A stretch of DNA of 63,994 nucleotides, counting the filler, from Aduncisulcus paluster (taxonomy: Eukaryota), in NCBI GenBank assembly GCA_024181965.1. It is 15 parts of 15 records of this genome, joined end to end, with 100 filler letters (N's around TTAATTAATTAA, not from the genome) between each part and the next. Parts side by side here need not be neighbours in the genome. Positions count along the whole stretch, not along the records: positions 31,792 to 42,136 come from BQXS01011943.1; positions 42,237 to 43,974 come from BQXS01011944.1; positions 44,075 to 46,064 come from BQXS01011945.1; positions 46,165 to 48,081 come from BQXS01011946.1; 11 more parts are not named here. One strand, given 5' to 3'. The notes under the pieces are model-generated. The model made no database searches, had not been told where the DNA came from, and was given only the letters and a program-made list of their open reading frames with translations. Positions 37,089 to 48,181 of the stretch are shown here, in pieces. Position 1 is the first letter of the stretch; each line of letters starts with the position of its first letter. The translations under genes were made by a program, and so were the position numbers.

Positions 37089-38666
37089 ATGAGTAGTGAT
37101 AAATCAGAAGGTGTGATTTATAAGACGAATTGTATTCCTCCTGTGAAATTGTTTTGGGCTCTTGGTTGGTCTTCCTTCCTCTCAGGAATGGACATGTCTA
37201 TTGTGACTACAGCACTTCCAGCTATGACTAAGGATTTAAATACAACAGAAGCCATTGCTGATTATGTTGGTATTGCTTATATGATTGGTCTGGCTGCTTT
37301 TAGTACTGTTGCCGGAAAGATTGGAGATAGATTCGGAACTGTTATTGTTCACCGGATTGGAATGTTTTGTTTTATTGTTTTCAGTGCGTGCTGTGGTATT
37401 CCTTGGTCCATCTATTCAGTTATTGTATTCCGTGCTTTTCAAGGTCTTGCTGCTGCTCTTCTTCTTTCAAATAATCTTGCCCTCGTCGCTCATCTTTGTA
37501 CGCATGATGGAATGCAAACTGCAATGATCCTCAATACGTTATTCCTTTCCGCGGCTTCTGCTCTTGGACCCATCATTGGTGGACTCCTAACAGAGTATTT
37601 GGGCTGGGAATATGCCTTTTTCATTAACATTCCTTTCGGTATTATTGGTCTTGTTGCTTGTTGGATGATATTACCCCCTGTTAAGAAGATCATTGACAGT
37701 AAGTTTGATATTGGTGGTGCCATTGGTATTTTTGTGAGCCTTGGCGTTGTTGTATTCGGCATTAGTTACATTGAGTACTCTGCTCTGATTGGTATCATCG
37801 TGCTTATTGCTGGTATCGGTCTCTTTTCCCTTGTCTTGCTCTATGAAGCTCACCATGAGACTCCTGCCTTGCCTATTCCATTACTTGTCAACAGAACGAT
37901 TGTCTCGAGTCTCATTGGTGCCACAATTACCTTTGGAGCTCAAGCATGTCTGTTATACCAGATGCCTTTCCTTTTGCAAGATACGTTCGATCTAACCCCG
38001 ACAGAATCTGGACTCTGCATGCTGCCAATGACTATTTTTATGATTGTGAGTGCTTTCTTGGCTGGGGGACTTTGCCGGAAATACATTTCATTCTACACTC
38101 GTGCGTTCAGCTGTGTCATCCAATGCATAGGGTTGATAATCCTTGGTTTGCTCTGTCACACTGGTGTGTTTGCCATCATATGCATTATGTCCTTTATCTC
38201 AATTGGTTTAGGGGGTTTCCAGACAAGTAACACTGGGTTTGTCACTTCAGCTGCTCCCAAAAACGTTCGTGGGGTTGTTGGAGGGCTCGTTCAGACTTTC
38301 AGAGAGGTTGGATTTGCCATGGGAACATCTCTATCTGCCTGTCTTCTTGATGAGTTTTTGAATCTCGAAGGGGCCAGTTCTTCTGATCACACCTTTGACC
38401 AGATGATCGATGCCAGTTCATGGGTTTATTTTGTGTTCTCGTTGATCAGTCTGTGTTCTGTTCTCGCTGCTTTCATCTCTAAGGCCAGTCCTCATGAAAT
38501 CAACCTCATAGGACACCCTCAGTATGATCCTTTTGCTAAGCCCCGCATTGGAGTGGAGAATATTGAGCTGAACTGGAAGAAATACAAGATGTCCATTAAG
38601 GACCGACAGGAAGAAACAGTGGCTCTCTTGGGAGAGGAAGAAGAAGAGGAAGAAGAAGAATTTTAG
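37089..38666 (+). CDS. MFS drug:H+ antiporter-like transporter, DHA2 (EmrB/QacA) type, about 14 TM segments
   Basis: DMSIVTTALPAM, GKIGDRFG (motif A), FRAFQG, GPIIGGLL and WEYAFFINIPFG, FDIGG. Confidence 0.92.
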   Translation: MSSDKSEGVIYKTNCIPPVKLFWALGWSSFLSGMDMSIVTTALPAMTKDLNTTEAIADYVGIAYMIGLAAFSTVAGKIGDRFGTVIVHRIGMFCFIVFSACCGIPWSIYSVIVFRAFQGLAAALLLSNNLALVAHLCTHDGMQTAMILNTLFLSAASALGPIIGGLLTEYLGWEYAFFINIPFGIIGLVACWMILPPVKKIIDSKFDIGGAIGIFVSLGVVVFGISYIEYSALIGIIVLIAGIGLFSLVLLYEAHHETPALPIPLLVNRTIVSSLIGATITFGAQACLLYQMPFLLQDTFDLTPTESGLCMLPMTIFMIVSAFLAGGLCRKYISFYTRAFSCVIQCIGLIILGLLCHTGVFAIICIMSFISIGLGGFQTSNTGFVTSAAPKNVRGVVGGLVQTFREVGFAMGTSLSACLLDEFLNLEGASSSDHTFDQMIDASSWVYFVFSLISLCSVLAAFISKASPHEINLIGHPQYDPFAKPRIGVENIELNWKKYKMSIKDRQEETVALLGEEEEEEEEEF

Positions 38667-39432
38667 TTTAATTTCAGTGGGAGTATTTTTTCGCTTTTCA
38701 CACATGTCATGTTCTCAAGTATCTCAAGTTGAAAATCTTACAGATAGTTCAGGAATTTACTCTTAACGTTTCTAGACCATGCGTCAATCATTATCCATAT
38801 TCTTACTTGCTCTTTGTTGATGTTTCTCAATTTCTATTTTTAGTGTTTTCCCATGTTCTCCTTTTATTTCTTTTATTATTGATCCTTCCCCTTCTCCTTC
38901 TTCTTTTCTGTTTCTTCAGATGGACATTGGATATTATTTTATATTATTTTATATTATATTATATTTTCGATTCTCCCCCGTTTTTTTAGCTATATACACG
39001 AAACAAAGAACGAAATGGAATTGAAATTTTAATTTTTTACATTTTGCACACAAATTCGTTTTATATATATCATTATAATTTTAATTATCTATACTTTGTA
39101 GATAGCTATCTATCATTCGTAATTCTCTATGTTGACCTTTTGTGTAATACCTTTCCTTTCTTTACCAAGATTTATATGAGGAAAATGAACAAACGATTGC
39201 ACTTCTTTCTGCTTGAAAGCAATGATGAATATAATAAAATAAATCATTTGAATAATCCAGAAGAAGATTTTCAGCAGATATGATCATAGTTTCAATTAAA
39301 TTAGTGCAGAAATTGAACAAATATGGCTCAATACACATATTTAATAAATGCAAAATCTATTTTTAGAATTTCTATTTTTAGATTTTGGATTTTTGAAATA
39401 AGTCGTATTCAAGGAAATAGATATGGATTTTG

Positions 39433-40026
39433 TTATTCATCCATGACAAAGACCTCTGTAAGAGCTTTGCGGTGCTTAGTGCCTTCAACAGGACTGTCAG
39501 GGAGTTTAATCCCCGTTTTTTTCCCTTCTTTAATCCCAAATGGGATTAATGCAATTGGAGAAAGATCGCCAATCGAAAATGTGGAGGTGATAGCATCATT
39601 GAAAATTCCAATCCAACATGAACCAAGCCCATACTCTTCACCAACCAATTGGGCATATGTTGCAGCTATCGTCGCATCTTGAGTCGCAAATAATGCACCA
39701 TGGTGACGGTATTTACGAGATGAGGAAGCGCTGTCAGAGAAAAACATCAATACGAAATCGGCATCTCGGACGAATGCTTGACAATAATGAGCTAATCGCT
39801 TGATTCTTTCTTTTTTGTGAATCACAAGACACTTATAAGCCTGAAGATTCCCTGCACTTGGGGCACTATTCGCGGCTTGGCAGATGGCTGTGATGGCTTC
39901 TTTCTTACCAAGAAATTCATCAGAATGTTTTTCAAAACGTCGGCAACTCTTTCTTGCCTGAATTAAAGATTCAATATATGGACGTTTCATTCTAATTAGG
40001 TGAGCAAAACAGCAAGAACTTGCCAT
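39433..40026 (-). CDS. FMN-dependent nitroreductase family protein
   Basis: RKSCRRF, APSAGNLQ, QDATIAA, GLGSCWIG. Confidence 0.92.
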   Translation of the reverse strand: MASSCCFAHLIRMKRPYIESLIQARKSCRRFEKHSDEFLGKKEAITAICQAANSAPSAGNLQAYKCLVIHKKERIKRLAHYCQAFVRDADFVLMFFSDSASSSRKYRHHGALFATQDATIAATYAQLVGEEYGLGSCWIGIFNDAITSTFSIGDLSPIALIPFGIKEGKKTGIKLPDSPVEGTKHRKALTEVFVMDE

Positions 40027-40475
40027 ATTTCAAAATCTATGGTTATAAAGGGAGAAATGTTTTCATCACCTGAAAATGTCAAAGCAAATTTTACCATGTA
40101 AATAAAATCTATTTTTTAAAATTCAAAAATGGCTTATATTACCTGAAAGTAGGTGACAAACCGGCGAACGATGGGAACAAAAACGCTCATAATAGGAATT
40201 GCTTATAAAATAATTATTTTGCAATTAGATAAAGTAAATAATAGTGATTTTATGTAAATTGGAGAAGATACCTTCATAAATATCTTCCATTAGGAAAAAT
40301 CGAAAACCAAAACCATTTTTTGTCCTTAATTCCACTATTCTTTGGAATTTTTATCCTATTTAATATCCATTTATCACTACTAATATTGGAAATATATTGG
40401 TTTTATTGGAATTATTTCTTTCTCAATCATTTTAAATAGCTTTTCTTGAATTTGAAATTATTTTAGGTACAAATC

Positions 40476-41114
40476 ATGGTCAAAAATTTCTCAACGGAAA
40501 TGCCTTGGTATTGTCATTTGACATTTATGATAATTTGGGCTTTTATCATAACCCTGCTTTTTTGCATCGGTTTTCATATTTTTTTTGCTATGGCCCTCTT
40601 GAATGATGCATTTGGTTCTCAATTTTGGTTTATATTTTGTCTTGTGACTGGATATATTCCCTTTGGTGTTGTGTTACCGATCATTTTATTCGTTTGTCTT
40701 GTCAGATGTGGTCTGAAGCGGGTTCAATACGTCGACGAGAGTTCCAACAGATTGTTCTTTAAACTTCCTTTTACCATCTCTCTTGTTTTCCTTGCCTTTT
40801 TTTCTTTTTGTAATCTTATTTATTCTCTTACTCTGTATATCTCCCTTCCAATTTTTATTTTCTTTTCTATTTTGGCCATTATTTCCACAGTTGGTAATGT
40901 AAAATCATCGAAGATGTATTCTCATCCTCGTTTCAAGTGGAATGATAAAAAGCGCCCACTGCCTAATGTCCACCCAAAAATGGTTCGTGAAGGTGATGAA
41001 TTCCATGTCGATCCCTCTCTTCCTCTCTTGGCATCTGCACCTTCTATTGCTCCTCATCCCCTTGCATCATATCAAGTGGTCGAGCCACATAGCGATCCTC
41101 TTGAACTACCGTGA
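40476..41114 (+). CDS. Hypothetical membrane protein, about 4 TM segments and a Pro-rich tail
   Basis: ATG-initiated 212-aa ORF with four hydrophobic stretches. Confidence 0.7.
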   Translation: MVKNFSTEMPWYCHLTFMIIWAFIITLLFCIGFHIFFAMALLNDAFGSQFWFIFCLVTGYIPFGVVLPIILFVCLVRCGLKRVQYVDESSNRLFFKLPFTISLVFLAFFSFCNLIYSLTLYISLPIFIFFSILAIISTVGNVKSSKMYSHPRFKWNDKKRPLPNVHPKMVREGDEFHVDPSLPLLASAPSIAPHPLASYQVVEPHSDPLELP

Positions 41115-41605
41115 CCTCACAAAAAGCTCAAACAATTTATTTGGATCTGTAATATTTATTGATTTATGTAGAGCAGTATATCTTAGAGTCTGCTCAATTT
41201 GGTAACTTTTTTTGGTTTTGGAGCTAATATATTTTGTCTCCCTTCAATAAACACAAGTCTATAATCATTCTCTTCCTGTTTAATTGAAAAAAAAAAAAAT
41301 TGTCATGGATATCTCACTTCCAACTTGAAAGAGTCTCAAACTTTCAGGTGAATCGATTGTTTTACTATTTAGGTGAAAAACAAAGCGTGATTTAGGTTCT
41401 TAGAGCAAGGGATCTCATAAGGACCAACAAAAATAAAAAAATGCTTTCATAAAATCAGTGATTTCTCGACAAATCAGAAATATTTTCTTTAAATCGAGCT
41501 TGTATTTAATATTATTAATAATCTTAAACTTCTTCATTCAAAAAAAATATTGATTTATTGATATATAGCTTCGTTTTGCTTCCCCAATTATTTATACCTT
41601 TTATA

Positions 41606-42136
41606 ATGTCAAAATTCCTTCAAAACATATTTATATTGTATTTTATTATTGTTTTGTGTTTTTGTGGCCTTGTTGTCCCGATGGATGATGATGATTTCAT
41701 TGAGAATTGTACAATTTGTGATATTTCGAAACCCTCTCAATTTAGAATTGAATCAGAAGATAATATTCAAATTAGTTTAATCTTCGATACCAATGAAACT
41801 CCATTTTCTGATATTGATTATAGTCTAAGCAATTTGTTTGAAATTGAGAATGGCTTTTGTCCTATTGAGCAAGATGGTCATTCTATCAATGATACTGGAG
41901 ATATCATGCAATATAACGGTATTAATAGTGATGATTCCGATACAGAAATTGATTTTATAAATATTCTAACCACTTTCACCTTGCCATCAAAGTCCAAAAT
42001 AATCTGGATATGTTTTCTTGGATTGGGAAACACAATATTATTGGGAATTTTGTCAATGATTTTTGCAACTTTAGAAGCAATTTTTAAATTTATGATTGAA
42101 TTATATTGGATCTCTATATTTATCTATTGTGGATTT
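41606..42136 (+). CDS. Hypothetical membrane protein with a signal-like N-terminus and acidic domain, 3'-partial
   Basis: MSKFLQNIFILYFIIVLCFCG, an acidic region, then hydrophobic segments up to the contig end. Confidence 0.6.
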
Positions 42137-42236
42137 NNNNNNNNNNNNNNNNNNNNNNNNNNNNNNNNNNNNNNNNNNNNTTAATTAATTAANNNNNNNN
42201 NNNNNNNNNNNNNNNNNNNNNNNNNNNNNNNNNNNN

Positions 42237-43974
42237 GAAAGCATACAAAGTGTTACATCCCATCGCATTATATGAGTTAATAATTAGTTGGCCACTGAAA
42301 CCATTGAAAAAGGCATAAAAGATTGTTGCAAGAACTGTTCCAACGTTCTTAAAAATATAATACTTCACAACAAGACTAAAGCGAGTAAAATTAACAGGAC
42401 CGTAATAGAACAGAAGGTTAGTAAGGAATCTGAATTGGAACATGGAGAAATCAGACATCCGAGCAGCTTGAGTACCCTCCAGACCTGAAATACCAACTCC
42501 CACATCAGCTTCAGCAATCATAGCGACATCATTTCCCCCATCACCGATTGCCAAAGTGGTGCAATCGAGTCCCTCTTTGACCGCAGCAACACACTCAGCC
42601 TTCTGCTTTGGAGTGACACGGCAGCATATCACAGAACAACACACCTTAGACAGAGACAAGAACTCTCCAATAACATCTTCCTCAAGCAAACGATCGAGTG
42701 ATGGTCCATCAACAACAATGACAGCATTGGAAACATTGTCAGACAACAACTCAGACATGGAATCTTCGTCTTCTTCCTCTTCCTCGTGCTCAACGTGAAT
42801 AACAGGAAGAGAAGTTGATCCCTTGAGGGTTCCATGTTTCTCCTGGGGAGAATCAAGCTTCTTGCCACGATTGAGATCCTCAAAGACACCTTTCTCGAAC
42901 TCTTTGATCTTCTTTGTTTGCTCCACAATATAACCACGAATAGATGCGCTACCTCCACTAGAATTGAATGTTTCCTTGGTGATTTGTATAACAAGGGCGC
43001 CTGTCGGGATGAGTTTAGAACTATGACCAATGTTGATGGCAGTCCCGACCTTGTCTCCGGTCAGCACCCACACACGGATACCTGCCTCCCTTAAACGCTG
43101 CAAGGCTTGAGGGACACCATCTTGAAGCTTATCTTCAACACCAGTACATCCACACACGGCCATTTCTCTCTCGATTGCCGCGGCAGACACAGCCATGCTT
43201 TCATCACGACCTTCAAGCAACCCGCATGAAGCATCCCATCTGGCTCTGAGATCCTTCGCAGTGTCGGCAGAGAGTGCTCCAGCAGACAATAGCAATGTCC
43301 TTAGACCAGCTAAGGTTAGTTCATCCAGACTGTGGGCAATTCCTTGGGAATATGACTGGGTCGATCCATCATACTTCAGTATCTCCATGGATTTGTCTCC
43401 ACTGGGACCAATTCCACTGGCATTCATGACGGCAACCTCCCTGCATTCAATTAAAGGCACAATAGAACCATCGGGAAGACAATAAGAAGAACACAGAGGC
43501 TCAACGAGAGTCTCGGCACCTTTGCATAGCACGAAAAAGGAGTTCTCAGGCAGTTTAAGGGAAGATAGAGAGTGGATAGAGGATGTGGATGAGGGTTCCA
43601 TGTTCTGTTTTTCAGCCGAGAAGAAAAGAGACGAGGAACGACGGACATGTTTACCCCTTGCAGGTAAAGTGGCACTCTTCCCGACTGAAGCCGCATGTTC
43701 AACAGTTTCCTTGTCGGCAGACTCCCCCACTTTCCCTTGAGTCTTCCTTTCCTTTCTCTTCATCTTTCTAACCTTAGACACACAGCCCTTGAATGTTTCA
43801 GCATTACACATGTGCTCGACCATAACACTCATCCTCTTTCTGTCACTGTTAAAAGGAATGGTAGCATGGATTCTCCAGGCCTCGAATAAGGACAAAGGAG
43901 TGGATATGATCGCATAATCAGAGCCACGAAATACTAACTGGAAGCCATTACCAGCAGCACCGTGCACAAGAGCC
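42237..43974 (-). CDS. P4-type phospholipid-flipping ATPase, internal fragment
   Basis: FNSDRKRMSV, CKGAE, GLRTL, EDKLQDGVP, WVLTGDK, CCRVTPKQK, AIGDGGND, GISGLEG. Confidence 0.95.
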
Positions 43975-44074
43975 NNNNNNNNNNNNNNNNNNNNNNNNNN
44001 NNNNNNNNNNNNNNNNNNTTAATTAATTAANNNNNNNNNNNNNNNNNNNNNNNNNNNNNNNNNNNNNNNNNNNN

Positions 44075-44712
44075 AGAAGTATGATCGCACGAACTTTATC
44101 TTCTTGCTCGACTACAGTGGAAGTATGAATGCCGAGATCTCAGCCGACAAGTCTGAAACCAAGACTCGCAAGGATTGTCTGATCAACGCGTTGCAATCTG
44201 GTGTCATTGATACTTTGGCAGCGAAATTCCCACACCGTTCATGTCCCCATCTATTGAGTGTGTGTACATTTAATGATGACTGTGCCAGGGTCAAATTGCC
44301 TCATCAAGAGAAACTTACTCCTTACAACGGACGTTCATGGCTCTCGAAGTTGAAAGAAACACGTCCATCTGGAGAGACCATCTTCTCCAAGGGTCTTCAA
44401 TATGCCCGTAGATCTCTTCGGAAGCGAGACTATGGGAACGTTCTCATTTTGTTCACGGATGGTGCGAACAGAGAATCTGATGAGAGAGTAACCAGGGAGG
44501 AAATGAAAAAGTTGAGGGAAAAATTTGATGTCTATATCATTGGTATTAAGGATGCCACTTCTGAGTCAGAGAAAGAGAAATGTATCTCTCTCCTTAGTGA
44601 AACAGTTCCTGATCGTTCTCAAGCAAAAGAGAGGTATCTTACTGATGATTCCGATAATCTGTCCAAACTTGCCGAACTCTTCGAAAACATTGTTCTCAGA
44701 TGTGTCATGTAA
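44075..44712 (+). CDS. C-terminal von Willebrand factor A domain of a 5'-partial protein
   Basis: FIFLLDYSGSM (DxSxS), SGET and LFTDG form a complete MIDAS site. Confidence 0.88.
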
Positions 44713-45626
44713 ATTTGTTGTCTTCTTACTTTTCACTATCAGCGGGGCAACCGGTATGTTGGTTAGTCTGAGCCTCGGACGGGAAAGGTGTCTATTTTGT
44801 ATATTTATTCGTAAGCTTTTCGTAAGATGTAGGAGTTAATTTAGGTAAAAGCTAGTCGAGATTATAATCATCTTTTGAATATTTAGTCAATGAATACTAT
44901 TCAGAATTCATATAAAAGTAAATTATTTTTGAATTACTTTTGTTTTGCAAGACAGATACCACTAACATCCTCTCATTCACTCAGCGAGACCGATGAGTCA
45001 TCAGGATGACACAGCTGTGGGTGTTGGAGTCCAGATATTGCACAATTACCAAGTTATACTTCAAAATATCGAATATTACAGAAACTACATCAAGTATAAA
45101 GCGCGACGAAGAAAACAAACAAAACAATACGTGTTTTGATCACATAATGGCATGACAACTACTGTAGTTGAACTACACAATCACTAGAACAAGTCCATCA
45201 ATTGTTATTATTGTCGTTACTATTATTAATTCATTATTAATTCCATTCATCCTCCTCTGAGTAACACCAAACAATGAGAAAACGAGATAAAATGAAATCG
45301 TTTTTCAATTTTCATCAATGAGTTTATGTAATCGTTTCTCGAGTTTTACATAAAATACCCTTGATAGCTGGATACATTTTCATTGTGATAATCACATAGT
45401 TTATCCCAATAAATTTACAATTCGAACCAAAAAGATGAATTTTAAGAAACAACCCTGTTCCAGAGATAAATGACAATCATAACGCATAAATATCAAACCG
45501 ATGCAGACCAATAATAACAATGACATTAAGCATGTAGGATAAAAATAACCCCATTTTCATGTCTCGAACAAGTTAATCTTTAACAGGTTTTGTTTTCGAT
45601 TCTAGCGTCACATTTTGACCCCAATC

Positions 45627-46064
45627 ATGACTAAAAATTTTAAAACATGCTTAAATGAAGCCATTGGGATTGGATATAAACGGCGAATTGTCTCTGAATA
45701 TGTCAAATCTCCCGAGGCTGATCTACCATCCTTAAAAGAAGTGTTCCCATACGACTCCATGGATCTATACTTCTATTCCTTAACTATTCGCAATGACGAT
45801 GAATCATGGGCTATGTTCTGGAATGAATGTACTCAGTGTTCCCCGACAGATATAAACACTCGTCAGATGCTTTGCTCTTTATGTAAAAGCAAGCATGCTG
45901 TCAGGTCATTCTACTCCAAAGGATGGGAACATGCCGTTAAACGCCTTAAAACATTTCCTACATGCATAGCCGCGGCCTTGTTGAAACGTGTCCCTTCACA
46001 ATTCTCTGTTGTTGCCGACAAGTTTTCTTCAACCATCATTTGTGATAGAGTCGTTCCTTTACTC
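45627..46064 (+). CDS. Hypothetical protein, 3'-partial, with two CxxC motifs
   Basis: ATG after AT-rich intergenic DNA; CTQC...CSLC; open to the contig end. Confidence 0.55.
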
Positions 46065-46164
46065 NNNNNNNNNNNNNNNNNNNNNNNNNNNNNNNNNNNN
46101 NNNNNNNNTTAATTAATTAANNNNNNNNNNNNNNNNNNNNNNNNNNNNNNNNNNNNNNNNNNNN

Positions 46165-48081
46165 CAGAGCTTCGTCTTGTTCAGAAGTCCATTCGAAGGG
46201 AACATCTTTTCCTGTAAGACGGGAGAGTGGTTCGCAGAGGGTAGAGCAGTCTGGAATGAAATCTCGAACGAAATTTATCATACCCAAGAAACAGCGGACA
46301 TCTTTCTTACAAGATGGAGTCCTGAGAGAGAGAATTCCTTCGACCCGGGATGGGGCGACTTCTTTTCCTTTCTTCGATATCAGATACCCCAAGAATTCGA
46401 CCCTTTTCAGCCCAAGGTTACACTTTGCAAAGTTGATCTTGAGGCCTACTTCAGAACACCTCTCAAGAACATGTTTCAGATTTTTAAGAAAATCTTCGTC
46501 TGATTTCCCCATGACCAATATATCGTCAATGTATACGATACATTTCTTCTGCGATATCAAATCCCCGAAAGAAGCTTGCATCACACTCTGAAAGTGAGCA
46601 GGGGCATTCATAAGTCCAAAGGGCATACACGTGAACTGGAAGATTCCTTTCGGAGTCTGAAAGGCGGTGTACTGCTGTGATAGAGGTTCGATAGGGACCA
46701 GATGAAAGCCGTTCGACAGATCTAAACATCCAAAGACAACATTTCCATGAATGCTATCCAGTTCTTCATCAATCCGGGGTAGAGGGAAGCGATAAGGAAC
46801 AGTGATCTTATTAAGGGTTCTAAAGTCGATACAGAGTCTGTTTTGTCCATTTTTCTTTGGCACTACTACCACAGGGGAGTAAAATGGACTCTTGCTCTTC
46901 ACAATCTTTTTCTCCTCCAACAGTCTTCGAACCTCCTCATTGAGGAACGCTCTGGTCTTCGGATTAAGTCTTCGAGCACTTCTCAGGGCAAAGGATTCTC
47001 CTTGGATAAGCCGGATTGAAAAGGGCTCCACATCTGCCACAGTGTCGGGCCTTCGCTTGAAGTCTGAGAGATACTTAGTAAGAAGAGGAGTTACTCTCGG
47101 AAGTAGGTGCGTGGCAACCTTACAATCTGCGAGTTCACCATCACTCAGCTCACTAAAAACATCAGGGTCATCTTCTTCTGGATGTTCCTGGGATAATAGA
47201 TGTAAGAGATCGAGATCTCTAATAGTCGGGTAACCAATGATGATTGGAACATCATCCTTGTCCAGTGCTATCGTCTTCAATACCAGATTTGTCACTACTG
47301 CGTAGCAAGTAGACGCTCCCGGCTTTGAGATCTGCGCACGAACGGACATTTCAGTGTCTGAGGTCAGTTGAGTTCCATCAGCAAGAGAAATGGTTGACCG
47401 GACACTCTTCGTCATCATGAAATAGTCGATCGACAGCTCAGCCATCAGATCACTCGAAATAAAGTTGGTAGTGGCGCCTGAGTCCAATAAAGCAGTGGTC
47501 TCAAGGATAGTGGATCCGCCAGGTCCTAAAATAGTGAGATTAACCAACGGACGATCAGCTGAGACAGAGAACATAGCCTTCAGGGCTTGGCCACCACGAC
47601 GATAGGGACAATCACGTTTGAAATGTCCGAGCTTACCACAATTAAAGCATTTCACCTTACTGAGATCCCTCTTGGTTACTGCAGACTGGTGCTTTACCGG
47701 GGAATGTTTTTGGAGGGGAGTAGAAGTAGAGCGGCGTTTCTCCGGTTCCAAGTACCTCTTAAATTCATCAATCACATCACTTACAATCGCTTGCTGCTCG
47801 AAAACCATCGCAGTCATCTCTGACATGGTAGGGGTGGGTTTCCCATCCAAGGCGGATTCACAACGAACACGAAAACTATTGACGGTGATCCCTTGTAAGA
47901 AATACTTCTTTAGGAGTTCAGGGGAGGGGTGCTCACTCTCAGGGACTTGTCTTAGGATCTTTCGGAAGGCTTTAACATAAGAGGCGACAGACTTGACGGA
48001 AACATCACGGAGGGTAAGGCCCTCGAACCGGTAAAGAGCATCTAAACCTGACAGCTGGCCAAAGTACTCGATAACCTTGTT
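46165..48081 (-). mobile_element. Ty3/gypsy-like LTR retrotransposon gag-protease-RT polyprotein, internal fragment
   Basis: One open frame across the contig: CCHC knuckle CFNCGKLGHFKRDC, protease LLDSGA, RT motifs RLCIDFR, LDLSNGF, MPFGLMNAP and YIDD. RT follows the protease directly (gypsy order). Confidence 0.96.
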
Positions 48082-48181
48082 NNNNNNNNNNNNNNNNNNN
48101 NNNNNNNNNNNNNNNNNNNNNNNNNTTAATTAATTAANNNNNNNNNNNNNNNNNNNNNNNNNNNNNNNNNNNNNNNNNNNN

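Noticed and set aside
44966..45015. Hammerhead-like CYGATGA followed by a hairpin, on both strands
   Set aside because: No GAAA after stem II and no consistent stems I and III.
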